Below, one piece after another: positions 19,074-26,360 of a DNA stretch of 32,000 bases. The DNA comes from Synechococcus sp. A15-24 (GTDB lineage Bacteria; Cyanobacteriota; Cyanobacteriia; PCC-6307; Cyanobiaceae). Positions within the stretch are counted from its first letter, which is position 1. Every line of letters begins with the position of its first letter. The stretch lies in contig NZ_CP047960.1 of the NCBI RefSeq assembly GCF_014280195.1, forward strand, positions 1,170,001 to 1,202,000, read 5' to 3'. A program made the position numbers and the translations under genes. Under the pieces are notes generated by a model, which made no database searches, was not told the origin of the DNA, and was given only the letters and a program-made list of their open reading frames with translations.

Positions 19074-19880
19074 ATGGGAACACATCGCATCGCAGGGCTG
19101 TGGGCTGTGCTGCTGACAACCCTGATCACCCTGACCGGAGCTCTGCCGGCTCACGCCTACGACAATCCCGAGCTGCTGCCGGACCACCCGACGCCGGTAA
19201 TCGATCTCGCCAAGGCCTTCACCGATCCCCAACGCTCCAGTTTGGAGAAGAGACTCAACGACGTTGAGGCCTCCACGGGCTGGAAGCTGCGGGTTCTGAC
19301 GCAGTACGAACGCACCCCAGGTCGGGCCGTGAAGGAATTCTGGGGGCTGGACGAAAGCAGCCTGCTGCTGGTGGCAGACCCCCGTGGCGGCAACCTGCTC
19401 AACTTCAACGTGGGCGACGCCTTTTTCGCGTTGATGCCACGCACCTACTGGGTTGAGCTGCAGACGCGATTCGGCAACCAGTACTACGTGAAGGAACACG
19501 GTGAGGATGGCGCCATCGTCGATGCCCTCAACGCTGTTGAAGTCTGTCTGGAGAGGGGCGGTTGCCAGGTGGTGCCGGGGCTGCCTCTCGAGCAATGGCT
19601 GTGGACCCTCACCACCTCCGCCGTGGGAGGTCTGATTGCAGGATTTGCCGCCTACCCACGCAAGGAAGGCGAAACGGTGGCCTGGGCCTGGTTACTCCTG
19701 CTCTCCCCGCTGTGGGTGATGTTGTTTGGAGTGTTCGGCATCGCGCCGGTGATCACCCGCACATCCGACATCCTGCCGATTGTCCGGAATGGCGTGGGAT
19801 TCCTGGCAGGCGCTGTGGTCGCTTATCTCATTGCTCAAGCAACAGTGGGGCGGCGCCTCAACCAGGAACCGGAGAGTTGA
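19074..19880 (+). CDS. TPM-domain protein, Psb32-like
   Basis: Starting at ATG 19074, MGTHRIAGLWAVLLTTLITLTGALPAHA is a signal peptide. A TPM-phosphatase-type domain follows (VIDLAKAFTDPQRSSLEKRLNDVEASTGWKLRVLT), then C-terminal TM helices. The track ORF start at 18978 would overlap the divergent methyltransferase gene. Confidence 0.8.
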   Translation: MGTHRIAGLWAVLLTTLITLTGALPAHAYDNPELLPDHPTPVIDLAKAFTDPQRSSLEKRLNDVEASTGWKLRVLTQYERTPGRAVKEFWGLDESSLLLVADPRGGNLLNFNVGDAFFALMPRTYWVELQTRFGNQYYVKEHGEDGAIVDALNAVEVCLERGGCQVVPGLPLEQWLWTLTTSAVGGLIAGFAAYPRKEGETVAWAWLLLLSPLWVMLFGVFGIAPVITRTSDILPIVRNGVGFLAGAVVAYLIAQATVGRRLNQEPES

Positions 19881-19888
19881 GGGGGCCC

Positions 19889-20626
19889 TCAGAGCTGGGT
19901 CGCGCAGGCGATGCGGGACCCTGTGCAGATCGCTGGGGGCGGAGCCACGTTGAGGGCCAGCTGCTGGCGCTTCTCGTCGCGGATGCGGCGCAGCTCCTGA
20001 AGATTCACGTCGTAGAAGGAACGGAGCCGTGAATACTTTTTGACGGGCTGGCCATAAAAACTGCGACCGGCAAGGGTCGGGAACGATGCCCATTCGGGAG
20101 CCAGCTTGGCCGTGAGAATCGGGGTAAGAGCGCCTGCATCTGTGAGCCCAAGGGCTTTGCGACGCTGAATGAGGAACAGCGCGCCCTGGTCCTGGGCTTC
20201 AGGTCCGAAACCCCGTACACCGATGCTGCGCTTCACCAGGTTCCAGGTAAAAGGCATGAATTGGTAGGCGCCTGCTGCGGCACTGGCGTACCGCGAACGG
20301 TAGATCACACGGTTGGGATGGCGGTCGAGCGAGGGCATCAGGCCTCCGCCGAACATCACGCGATAGCCCACATCAAGGCCACCCTTCCAGGTGCCTTCCG
20401 CGAAGCGAATGGTATTGAGCATCGCCCGGCGTTCCGGGGTGATTACATAAGGAATGGCCCGGGACGGAACGGCATCGGGCTCACTCAGCAGTTGAGCACG
20501 GGAGTCAGAAGGCAGAAGCGTCGCCGCGGTGGGAGCAGGCGAAACCAGCAGCGGCAGGGATCCAGCGATGACGGCCGCGACAAGTGACTTGCGACCAATC
20601 AGAGCGTGGATAGCCATAAGAAGCAT
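19889..20626 (-). CDS. Glycoside hydrolase family 104 (lambda-lysozyme-like lytic transglycosylase) protein with signal peptide
   Basis: LNTIRFAEGTWKGG...AAGAYQFMPFTWN is the GH104 catalytic-Glu and AYQ-type motif. The N-terminus is hydrophobic. Confidence 0.8.
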   Translation of the reverse strand: MLLMAIHALIGRKSLVAAVIAGSLPLLVSPAPTAATLLPSDSRAQLLSEPDAVPSRAIPYVITPERRAMLNTIRFAEGTWKGGLDVGYRVMFGGGLMPSLDRHPNRVIYRSRYASAAAGAYQFMPFTWNLVKRSIGVRGFGPEAQDQGALFLIQRRKALGLTDAGALTPILTAKLAPEWASFPTLAGRSFYGQPVKKYSRLRSFYDVNLQELRRIRDEKRQQLALNVAPPPAICTGSRIACATQL

Positions 20627-20651
20627 TCAGGGGGCAGATTCCGAAACGGAG

Positions 20652-20686
20652 GCCAAAACAATCAGAAGCGGATGATTGTCTTTGGC
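20652..20686. promoter_or_regulatory. Strong hairpin in the AT-rich spacer upstream of the GH104 gene
   Basis: GCCAAAACAATCA (20652-20664) pairs with TGATTGTCTTTGGC (20673-20686): 13 bp with one bulge and an 8-nt loop. It lies 26 nt upstream of the GH104 ATG, counted on the minus strand. No U-tract follows on either strand. Confidence 0.4.
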
Positions 20687-20833
20687 GAGCGAAAAGAATA
20701 CCTTTTCCTTTCCTTGCGACTTTGTCGAAGACGAATGCAAGATCAATAAGTATATATGCCAGTCAACAAATCGACCGTTGCATCAGCGTCGGCAGCAATG
20801 TCGCCTCTGACACATTTTTTAATTTTTTCGTAA

Positions 20834-21922
20834 TTAATTACACAATTGGTCGCCAACCTGGATCAGCTGCTCAGCCGCCTGCAGAGCCCCACCAGGCGAC
20901 AGGGGCTCCGCCTTGGCGTGCAACAGCGGTTGATCCAGCTGCCAATCGCCGCCCATCAACTGATCGCGGCTCAGCAGTCGGTGACGTCCATGGCGCGTCA
21001 GGCCGTTCATCAAGGCGCTTACCTCAGCGAAATCGCGGCGCTCCACCACGTGCAGGCCCAGATCAAGCGACAAGGCCTCACAGAAGGTGCTGAAGCCCGG
21101 CTTGCCGATGTGCCGCTCGCAGAGGGGGAATGCGTCCAGGGGACGCACCCCGGCCGGCAACAGCGTCAGATTGGAGGTACCGGCCAATCGCGCGCAGGTT
21201 TTCGGATCGGGCGGACTGGCCATCAGGAAGTGATGATCCGGCCAGTGAGCGAACAGCTGCGGATCCAGCTCCAATCCCATTCCGCCGAAGCCCACTTGGA
21301 TTATCGGAGAGTCCAGGCCCGCCAGCAACGCTTGCAAGACCTCCGGCAGGGCTCTGGGGCTGCTGCAGACCAGGTCGAGCCGTTGTTCAGGCAGCCCCCA
21401 GTCCATGACGAGATCAAAGGGGCAGCGCAGCAACAGCTGCCCACACCGATAGGCCGCCTGCGCACGCTCCGCCATCAGCTCAAACACACCGCCGAAGGGG
21501 CGATAGATCGCGTCCCAGCCGAAATTGCTCATCCACACCAGAGGCGCATCAAGCGCTTCAGCCAGCAGCGCCGCAGCGGGAGGAATGTCCCCCAGTATCA
21601 ACACCGGCAAGCCCTGCTCGCGCACCCAGTTCACCTCCGACTGAACCTGCGCCGGCAGTCGGGCATCGAGTTCGGCCAGGGCGATCAGCGTGGCGGATGG
21701 ATCGGAACCGAGCGCATCGGCCTGCACCATGCCCACATCCCAGCGACAGGGTCGTTGTTCGATGCCCCCATCCCCCAGCAACAGCGACAGAAAGCCAGAA
21801 CTGACCATCGAACTCATCACCAGTCGCCAATCCGGGCGAAGCCGGCGCAGCTGCTGGAGCACAGCGGCATCCCTGGCGGCATGCCCAAAGCCATGGCTGC
21901 TGCTGCAGACGTAGATCAGCAC
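20834..21922 (-). CDS. Glycosyltransferase-like protein (GT-B fold, GT1/GT28-like)
   Basis: 362 aa. The N-terminal [17 protein letters not shown] resembles the G-x-G-H-x-x-R loop of MGT/MurG-like transferases, and the C-terminal [14 protein letters not shown] resembles the nucleotide-sugar-binding region. The GTG start overlaps the upstream gene's stop by 7 nt. Confidence 0.7.
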   Translation of the reverse strand: MLIYVCSSSHGFGHAARDAAVLQQLRRLRPDWRLVMSSMVSSGFLSLLLGDGGIEQRPCRWDVGMVQADALGSDPSATLIALAELDARLPAQVQSEVNWVREQGLPVLILGDIPPAAALLAEALDAPLVWMSNFGWDAIYRPFGGVFELMAERAQAAYRCGQLLLRCPFDLVMDWGLPEQRLDLVCSSPRALPEVLQALLAGLDSPIIQVGFGGMGLELDPQLFAHWPDHHFLMASPPDPKTCARLAGTSNLTLLPAGVRPLDAFPLCERHIGKPGFSTFCEALSLDLGLHVVERRDFAEVSALMNGLTRHGRHRLLSRDQLMGGDWQLDQPLLHAKAEPLSPGGALQAAEQLIQVGDQLCN

Positions 21923-22773
21923 ACCAGAGGCTCCTGTTGTGGCAACAGCTCCTCATGCATCAGTTGGCCGTCCGGTTGATACCAGCGGTGGCTGAGGTGG
22001 GTAAGGGCAGGCCCCTCGAACTCCGCCCAGGAGAGATGCAACAAAAGCTTGTTACCGGTATCGCGACCTCTGCGGGGGACGCAGGCGGCATTGAGATACG
22101 CCGTGCCACGGCGGTCACGGACCAGGCTCTGACGCAGACCGGAGCCTCGTTTGAGCTGGTGATGCATGTGGCCGAACACCACCAGATCGGGAATGCGGTG
22201 ACGAGCGATGCGATCGATGGCCAGGGCCAGATCCTGGTCGCCCCAGTCAAGAGCTGGGGTTTTCCAGTCACGACCGCAGGGGCTGGCAGGATCCGAGCCG
22301 AGACCGGTGGGTCCGCAGTGGGCCATCACCACCAAGGGCTGATCCGCAGGCACCTCGGCAGCAGCTGTCGCAATGCGCTGCGCCGATTCCTCCAACGACA
22401 CGGGTCCGTAAATGGCCTCAACGGCTTTGGACAGCTGAAACCCTCCACCGGAACTGCAGGGTCGCCCCCCCACGATCGACAGCGGCAACGGGTCGAGGCG
22501 AAGCCGTTGCCAGGCGCAGTGAATACCATCCAGCAGGGTGAGTTGCTGGCGCAGCACACCACCGCTGCGGTCCCGTCCACGGTCGTGATTTCCCAGGATC
22601 ACTGCCTTGGGATGGGGCAGGGAACGGATCCGACGGGTCAAGCGCAGATCGCCATCGCTGAGATCACCGACGAACAGAACAGCGTCGGGGCGAAGCTGGT
22701 TCAGCAAGTGCTCATCCTCCGCACCCCAGGCGCCGTGCAGATCTCCTGCAATCGCGAGACGGAGATGCGTCAG
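21916..22773 (-). CDS. Calcineurin-like metallophosphoesterase (non-canonical start required)
   Basis: Motifs found: GDLSDG, GNHD, MAHCGP and VFGHMHH. The first motif, LAIAGDLHG (22735-22752 region), lies upstream of the track start (TTG 22707) in the same open frame. The only candidate initiators after the upstream TAG are CTG 22773 and ATT 22752. Confidence 0.8.
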   Translation of the reverse strand: MTHLRLAIAGDLHGAWGAEDEHLLNQLRPDAVLFVGDLSDGDLRLTRRIRSLPHPKAVILGNHDRGRDRSGGVLRQQLTLLDGIHCAWQRLRLDPLPLSIVGGRPCSSGGGFQLSKAVEAIYGPVSLEESAQRIATAAAEVPADQPLVVMAHCGPTGLGSDPASPCGRDWKTPALDWGDQDLALAIDRIARHRIPDLVVFGHMHHQLKRGSGLRQSLVRDRRGTAYLNAACVPRRGRDTGNKLLLHLSWAEFEGPALTHLSHRWYQPDGQLMHEELLPQQEPLVC

Positions 22774-22818
22774 AGCAGATGCCTAGGCTGGGTCCCATCC
22801 TGCCCCGTCCGGACTCCG

Positions 22819-23751
22819 ATGAGCGCTGACACCGCCCTCGTTGCGGCGATCAACCGACTCCGGCAGGAGCGCAATGCTGTGATCCTGGCGCACTACTACC
22901 AGGAGCCTGAGATCCAGGACATCGCTGATTTCATCGGTGATTCACTCGAGCTGTCCCGCAAGGCCGCCAGCACCGATGCCGATGTGATCGCCTTCTGCGG
23001 TGTCCACTTCATGGCGGAAACCGCCAAGATCCTCAGCCCGCAGAAAACAGTTGTGCTGCCAGATCTTGATGCCGGCTGCTCCCTGGCAGACGACTGTCCG
23101 GCAGACGACTTCGCGGCCTTCCGCCAGAAGCATCCGGACCATTATGTGGTGAGTTACATCAATTGCACTGCGGCCGTGAAGGCTCAGAGCGATCTGATCT
23201 GCACCAGCAGCAATGCCGTGGATCTGGTCCGCCAGCTACCCGCAGAAAGGCCAGTGCTGTTTGCTCCGGATCAGAACCTGGGCCGCTGGGTGCAACAACA
23301 GAGTGGACGGGAACTGACCCTCTGGCCGGGACGTTGCATCGTCCATGAAACCTTCAGCGAGGAGGCGGTTCTCCAACTCAAGCTTGAGCACCCCGATGCC
23401 GAGGTGATCGCCCACCCGGAGTGCCAGGAGAACCTGCTCGACCTGGCGGACTTCATCGGCTCCACCAGCAAGCTGCTGAACCACACGCACTCGAGTGCGG
23501 CTGCCACCTTCATTGTTCTGACAGAGCCGGGAATCCTGCATCAGATGAAGCGGCGGGTACCGACCAAAACCCTGATCGATGTGCCCGGACTCGACGGCTG
23601 CAGCTGCAATGCCTGCCCCTACATGCGTCTGAACACACTGCAGAAACTGCACGATTGCCTGGAGACACTTGAACCGGCGGTGGAACTCAACGAGGAGCTT
23701 CGCCAACAAGCCCTCAGACCAATCGAACGGATGCTGGAACTGAGTCGCTGA
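22819..23751 (+). CDS. nadA: Quinolinate synthase
   Basis: Starting at ATG 22819, [46 protein letters not shown]...[14 protein letters not shown]...CSCNACPYM is canonical NadA. The 604-aa track ORF is an artefactual upstream extension. Confidence 0.95.
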   Translation: MSADTALVAAINRLRQERNAVILAHYYQEPEIQDIADFIGDSLELSRKAASTDADVIAFCGVHFMAETAKILSPQKTVVLPDLDAGCSLADDCPADDFAAFRQKHPDHYVVSYINCTAAVKAQSDLICTSSNAVDLVRQLPAERPVLFAPDQNLGRWVQQQSGRELTLWPGRCIVHETFSEEAVLQLKLEHPDAEVIAHPECQENLLDLADFIGSTSKLLNHTHSSAAATFIVLTEPGILHQMKRRVPTKTLIDVPGLDGCSCNACPYMRLNTLQKLHDCLETLEPAVELNEELRQQALRPIERMLELSR

Positions 23752-23762
23752 GGCCAGCTGGC

Positions 23763-23918
23763 TCATTCATCGTCGTATCCGTCGTCGTAGAGATCGTTGA
23801 AGCGTTCCACACCAGCCTCACGGAACCGAAACACCGGCGGTCGTTCAGAGGATCGTGATCGTGGCTCGTGGTCCGCAGCCCAGGGTTCGCGGAAATCGCA
23901 GTCGTCGTCTTGCCGCAT
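23763..23918 (-). CDS. Candidate small acidic protein (51 aa); below the ORF-track cutoff
   Basis: Hand translation gives MRQDDDCDFREPWAADHEPRSRSSERPPVFRFREAGVERFNDLYDDGYDDE. It has an ATG start and fills an otherwise empty 209-nt gap between nadA and the exonuclease gene. Third codon positions are mostly G or C, as in neighbouring genes. I do not recognise a family. Confidence 0.4.
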   Translation of the reverse strand: MRQDDDCDFREPWAADHEPRSRSSERPPVFRFREAGVERFNDLYDDGYDDE

Positions 23919-23960
23919 CGGTCTGCTGGCGTGCTTGTTGATCCTCCCAGGTGATCAGCC

Positions 23961-24947
23961 GTGATTGAACGCACCCATGAGGGGCTGTACTGCCGAGCGG
24001 CCGATGCCTGGGTCGACCCTTGGCGTCCGGTCCCCAGAGCCCTAATCACCCATGCCCATGCTGACCATGCTCGTCCCGGATGCGGTGAGTACTGGGCCGT
24101 GGCCAGCAGTGAAGGCGTGCTCCGGCAACGCCTCGGGCAAGACATCACCCTGCAACCGGTTCAGTACGGCGAGGAACACTGGCTGGGGCAATGCCGCGTG
24201 TCGTTCCACAGCGCCGGTCATGTGTTGGGGTCGGCCCAAATCCGCCTTGAGGTGGATGGTGAAGTGTGGGTGGTAAGCGGGGATTACAAGCGGGATGCCG
24301 ATCCCAGCTGCGTGCCGTTTGAACCGGTCCCCTGCGACGTGCTGATCACCGAGGCCACCTTCGGGCTGCCCATCTATCGCTGGCAAACCGGAACGGAGAT
24401 CGCCGAGGAGATTCGGGCCTGGTGGCAGGGTGATCGACAGAGACCATCGCTGTTGTTCTGTTACGCCTTCGGCAAGGCGCAGCGACTGATGGCGGAGCTC
24501 AACGCCATCGGTGTGAACGACGAAGTGCTGCTGCACGGCGCCGTTGAAACCGTGACCCGCCACTACCGGGCCGCCGCTGTCCCCATGACGCCCAGCCGGC
24601 CGGTGAGTGATCTCCCAAGATCAGACTCCCTGGCCGGACGTTTGGTGCTGGCGCCACCATCCGCCCATCGCTCCAGCTGGATGCGGCGCTTCCGCTCTCC
24701 TCAAACGGGTTTTGCCTCAGGCTGGATGGCCGTTCGGGGCGCCAGGCGTCGCCGGGGTTACGAACGCGGCTTTGTGCTGAGCGATCACGCCGACTGGCCT
24801 GGGTTAATTCAGACGGTGAGGCAGTCCGGAGCACGCAAGGTTTATGTGACCCACGGCCAGAGTGATGTTCTGGCCCGATATCTGCGCGAGATCGAGGGGA
24901 TTGAGGCGGAGCCCCTTGAAACCTTGTTCGAAGGGGAAGCGGATTAA
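23961..24947 (+). CDS. Ligase-associated DNA damage response exonuclease (metallo-beta-lactamase / beta-CASP fold)
   Basis: 328 aa with a GTG start. The HAHADH motif is at 24051-24068, followed by GHVLGSA and VSGDYKR...ITEATFG. The overall pattern matches the exonuclease that accompanies ATP-dependent ligase / Lhr-like helicase cassettes. Confidence 0.88.
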   Translation: MIERTHEGLYCRAADAWVDPWRPVPRALITHAHADHARPGCGEYWAVASSEGVLRQRLGQDITLQPVQYGEEHWLGQCRVSFHSAGHVLGSAQIRLEVDGEVWVVSGDYKRDADPSCVPFEPVPCDVLITEATFGLPIYRWQTGTEIAEEIRAWWQGDRQRPSLLFCYAFGKAQRLMAELNAIGVNDEVLLHGAVETVTRHYRAAAVPMTPSRPVSDLPRSDSLAGRLVLAPPSAHRSSWMRRFRSPQTGFASGWMAVRGARRRRGYERGFVLSDHADWPGLIQTVRQSGARKVYVTHGQSDVLARYLREIEGIEAEPLETLFEGEAD

Positions 24948-25204
24948 AACTTGGCGATGCCTTCGGGAAGCTCGGGCAGATTGAGATTGGCCTGTCGACC
25001 TTCAATCGCCGCTTTCAACGACTCAACCAACATGGCGTTGCCGCTGTCTTTGATGGCCTCAAGAGCCTTCTCAAGGCGGCGACGGCGATCCGTTGGGTCA
25101 TCGGCCACCGTGGTGGTGATGGTGGAGACGCTGCTCTGCGAAACCGTGTTGGTGGCGCGCACTCGATCCAGCTGAGTAGCGAGGCTCTCCCAGAGCAAAG
25201 CCAT
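24944..25204 (-). CDS. Small hypothetical protein (86 aa)
   Basis: ATG start, hydrophilic and helix-prone sequence (RRRLEKALEAIKDSGNAMLVESLKAAIEGRQ). It makes a 4-nt convergent overlap with the exonuclease stop. Confidence 0.55.
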   Translation of the reverse strand: MALLWESLATQLDRVRATNTVSQSSVSTITTTVADDPTDRRRRLEKALEAIKDSGNAMLVESLKAAIEGRQANLNLPELPEGIAKF

Positions 25205-25355
25205 GTCGAGTGATCGTGATAGAACAACTTTCGATCAGAACAGCACAGTTCCGACGAACCACGACAACAGTTCGCGACAAAGACTTACAAATGTTCTCTT
25301 AACATTCAATGTTATTTATGGCATCCCATATCGAGACAGGGTTACCGCGGTGTGA

Positions 25356-26075
25356 GTGACGTCCAGAGGGTCTGTGGGAGCTGCGCCGAAGCCCATCAAC
25401 GAGGTTGAGCGACTCCGCGCGCTCAGTGAATACAGAATTCTGGGGACAAAGCCTGAAGAGAGTTACGACAACATCACAAGCATGGCGGCCATGATCTGCC
25501 ATGCTCCTATCGCTCTGATCTCCCTGGTGGATCAAAGTCGGCAGTGGTTTAAATCGAGGGTTGGATGTGACCAGCAACAAACAGAGCGGGATATTTCCTT
25601 CTGTGCCCACACCATTCTGAATCCCCAACCACTGATCGTTGAGGATGCTTTGTTTGATCAACGGTTCCAGGACAATCCACTGGTGCGGGAAGATCCCAAC
25701 ATCCGGCTTTATGCAGGCTTTCCACTTAACACACCAAATGATCAAAGGATTGGCACCCTCTGTGTGATTGATCGGATGCCGAAATCATTGACGAGCGTTC
25801 AGATTCAGGTGATGCAACGATTAGCGGATCAAGTGGTCACACTGCTGGAACTCCGCAGGAGATCCCTGGATCTTCTGGAAGAGTTCTGCAAACTTCAAGA
25901 CAGCAAAGGCTTGATCTGCAGTTGCAGCTACTGCCGCAAGATCCGGGATGGCAGCGGAGGCTGGCAGCCATTCGAGGATTACATGATGCGGCACAGCACC
26001 TTGAACTTCAGCCATGGGATCTGTCAGGGCTGCATGTCCGAGCACTTCCCGGAGGTCAGCCGGGCAGGCTGTTAA
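25356..26075 (+). CDS. Stand-alone GAF-domain sensor protein with a C-terminal Cys/His-rich (zinc-ribbon-like) module
   Basis: EVERLRALSEYRILGTKPEESYDNITSMAAMICHAPIALISLVDQSRQWFKSRVG...RDISFCAHTIL...FQDNPLV...IRLYAGFPL...IGTLCVIDRMPKSLT is the common bacterial GAF signalling domain. The tail is CSCSYCRKIRDGSGGWQPFEDYMMRHSTLNFSHGICQGCM (about 25917-26033). GTG start. The gene is visibly more AT-rich than its flanks. Confidence 0.85.
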   Translation: MTSRGSVGAAPKPINEVERLRALSEYRILGTKPEESYDNITSMAAMICHAPIALISLVDQSRQWFKSRVGCDQQQTERDISFCAHTILNPQPLIVEDALFDQRFQDNPLVREDPNIRLYAGFPLNTPNDQRIGTLCVIDRMPKSLTSVQIQVMQRLADQVVTLLELRRRSLDLLEEFCKLQDSKGLICSCSYCRKIRDGSGGWQPFEDYMMRHSTLNFSHGICQGCMSEHFPEVSRAGC

Positions 26076-26154
26076 TCACCAGAACAACAGGCGCGAGGGC
26101 CACAGCGAGAAGGCCGTAGGCGGTAACAGCTCCAGCGAGTCGTTGGCGGGTCAT
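26056..26154 (-). CDS. Candidate 32-aa single-TM peptide
   Basis: Hand translation gives MTRQRLAGAVTAYGLLAVALAPVVLVINSLPG. It has an ATG start and overlaps the GAF gene's 3' end by 20 nt. There is no homology evidence. Confidence 0.25.
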   Translation of the reverse strand: MTRQRLAGAVTAYGLLAVALAPVVLVINSLPG

Positions 26155-26360
26155 GGGCTTGTCTCAACTTGACACACCATCCGCCCAAAACAGTCGGAAC
26201 ACATCACCCGTCCGGGGGATTGTGCTCACCAACTCCGATACACAAGTCGTCCCATCAACTCCCGGAGAGCCCTGGAACTGTCATCCAAGCTGCGGGAACG
26301 GGTTCGTTACGACATCAGCTGGGTTCCACTGGTCAGGATGACCCACAGACGCATGCCTCC

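Noticed and set aside
18855-19595. 246-aa minus-strand ORF overlapping the Psb32-like gene and the methyltransferase 5' end
   Set aside because: It is a shadow ORF. The + frame encodes a signal peptide plus TPM domain, and the minus-frame sequence is low-complexity.
20846-21979. 377-aa + strand ORF antisense to the glycosyltransferase-like gene
   Set aside because: It is Gln/Arg/His-rich and low-complexity with no motifs. The minus frame has domain-like features and operon coupling with the upstream gene.
21937-22818. N-terminal 294 codons of the 604-aa track ORF preceding nadA
   Set aside because: NadA homology begins exactly at ATG 22819. The upstream part is antisense to the metallophosphoesterase and has no protein-like pattern.
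23714-24148. 144-aa minus-strand ORF spanning the nadA-exonuclease gap
   Set aside because: It overlaps the well-supported exonuclease 5' end and is Ser/Thr/Arg-rich. A different frame in the gap gives a more plausible 51-aa ORF, which is reported separately at low confidence.
25284-25297. LexA-box-like element CTTACAAATGTTCT upstream of the GAF gene, next to the DNA-repair cassette
   Set aside because: It matches the remembered cyanobacterial consensus RGTACNNNDGTWCB only in the GTTC half. There are two mismatches in the RGTAC half, and no comparable site lies upstream of the exonuclease, ligase or helicase starts. The evidence is too weak to call.
26169-26360. 64-codon N-terminal extension of the ligase ORF
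   Set aside because: The extension (MTHHPPKTVGTHHPSGG...) is Pro/His/Ser/Thr-rich and unlike ligase N-termini. Homology starts at ATG 26361.
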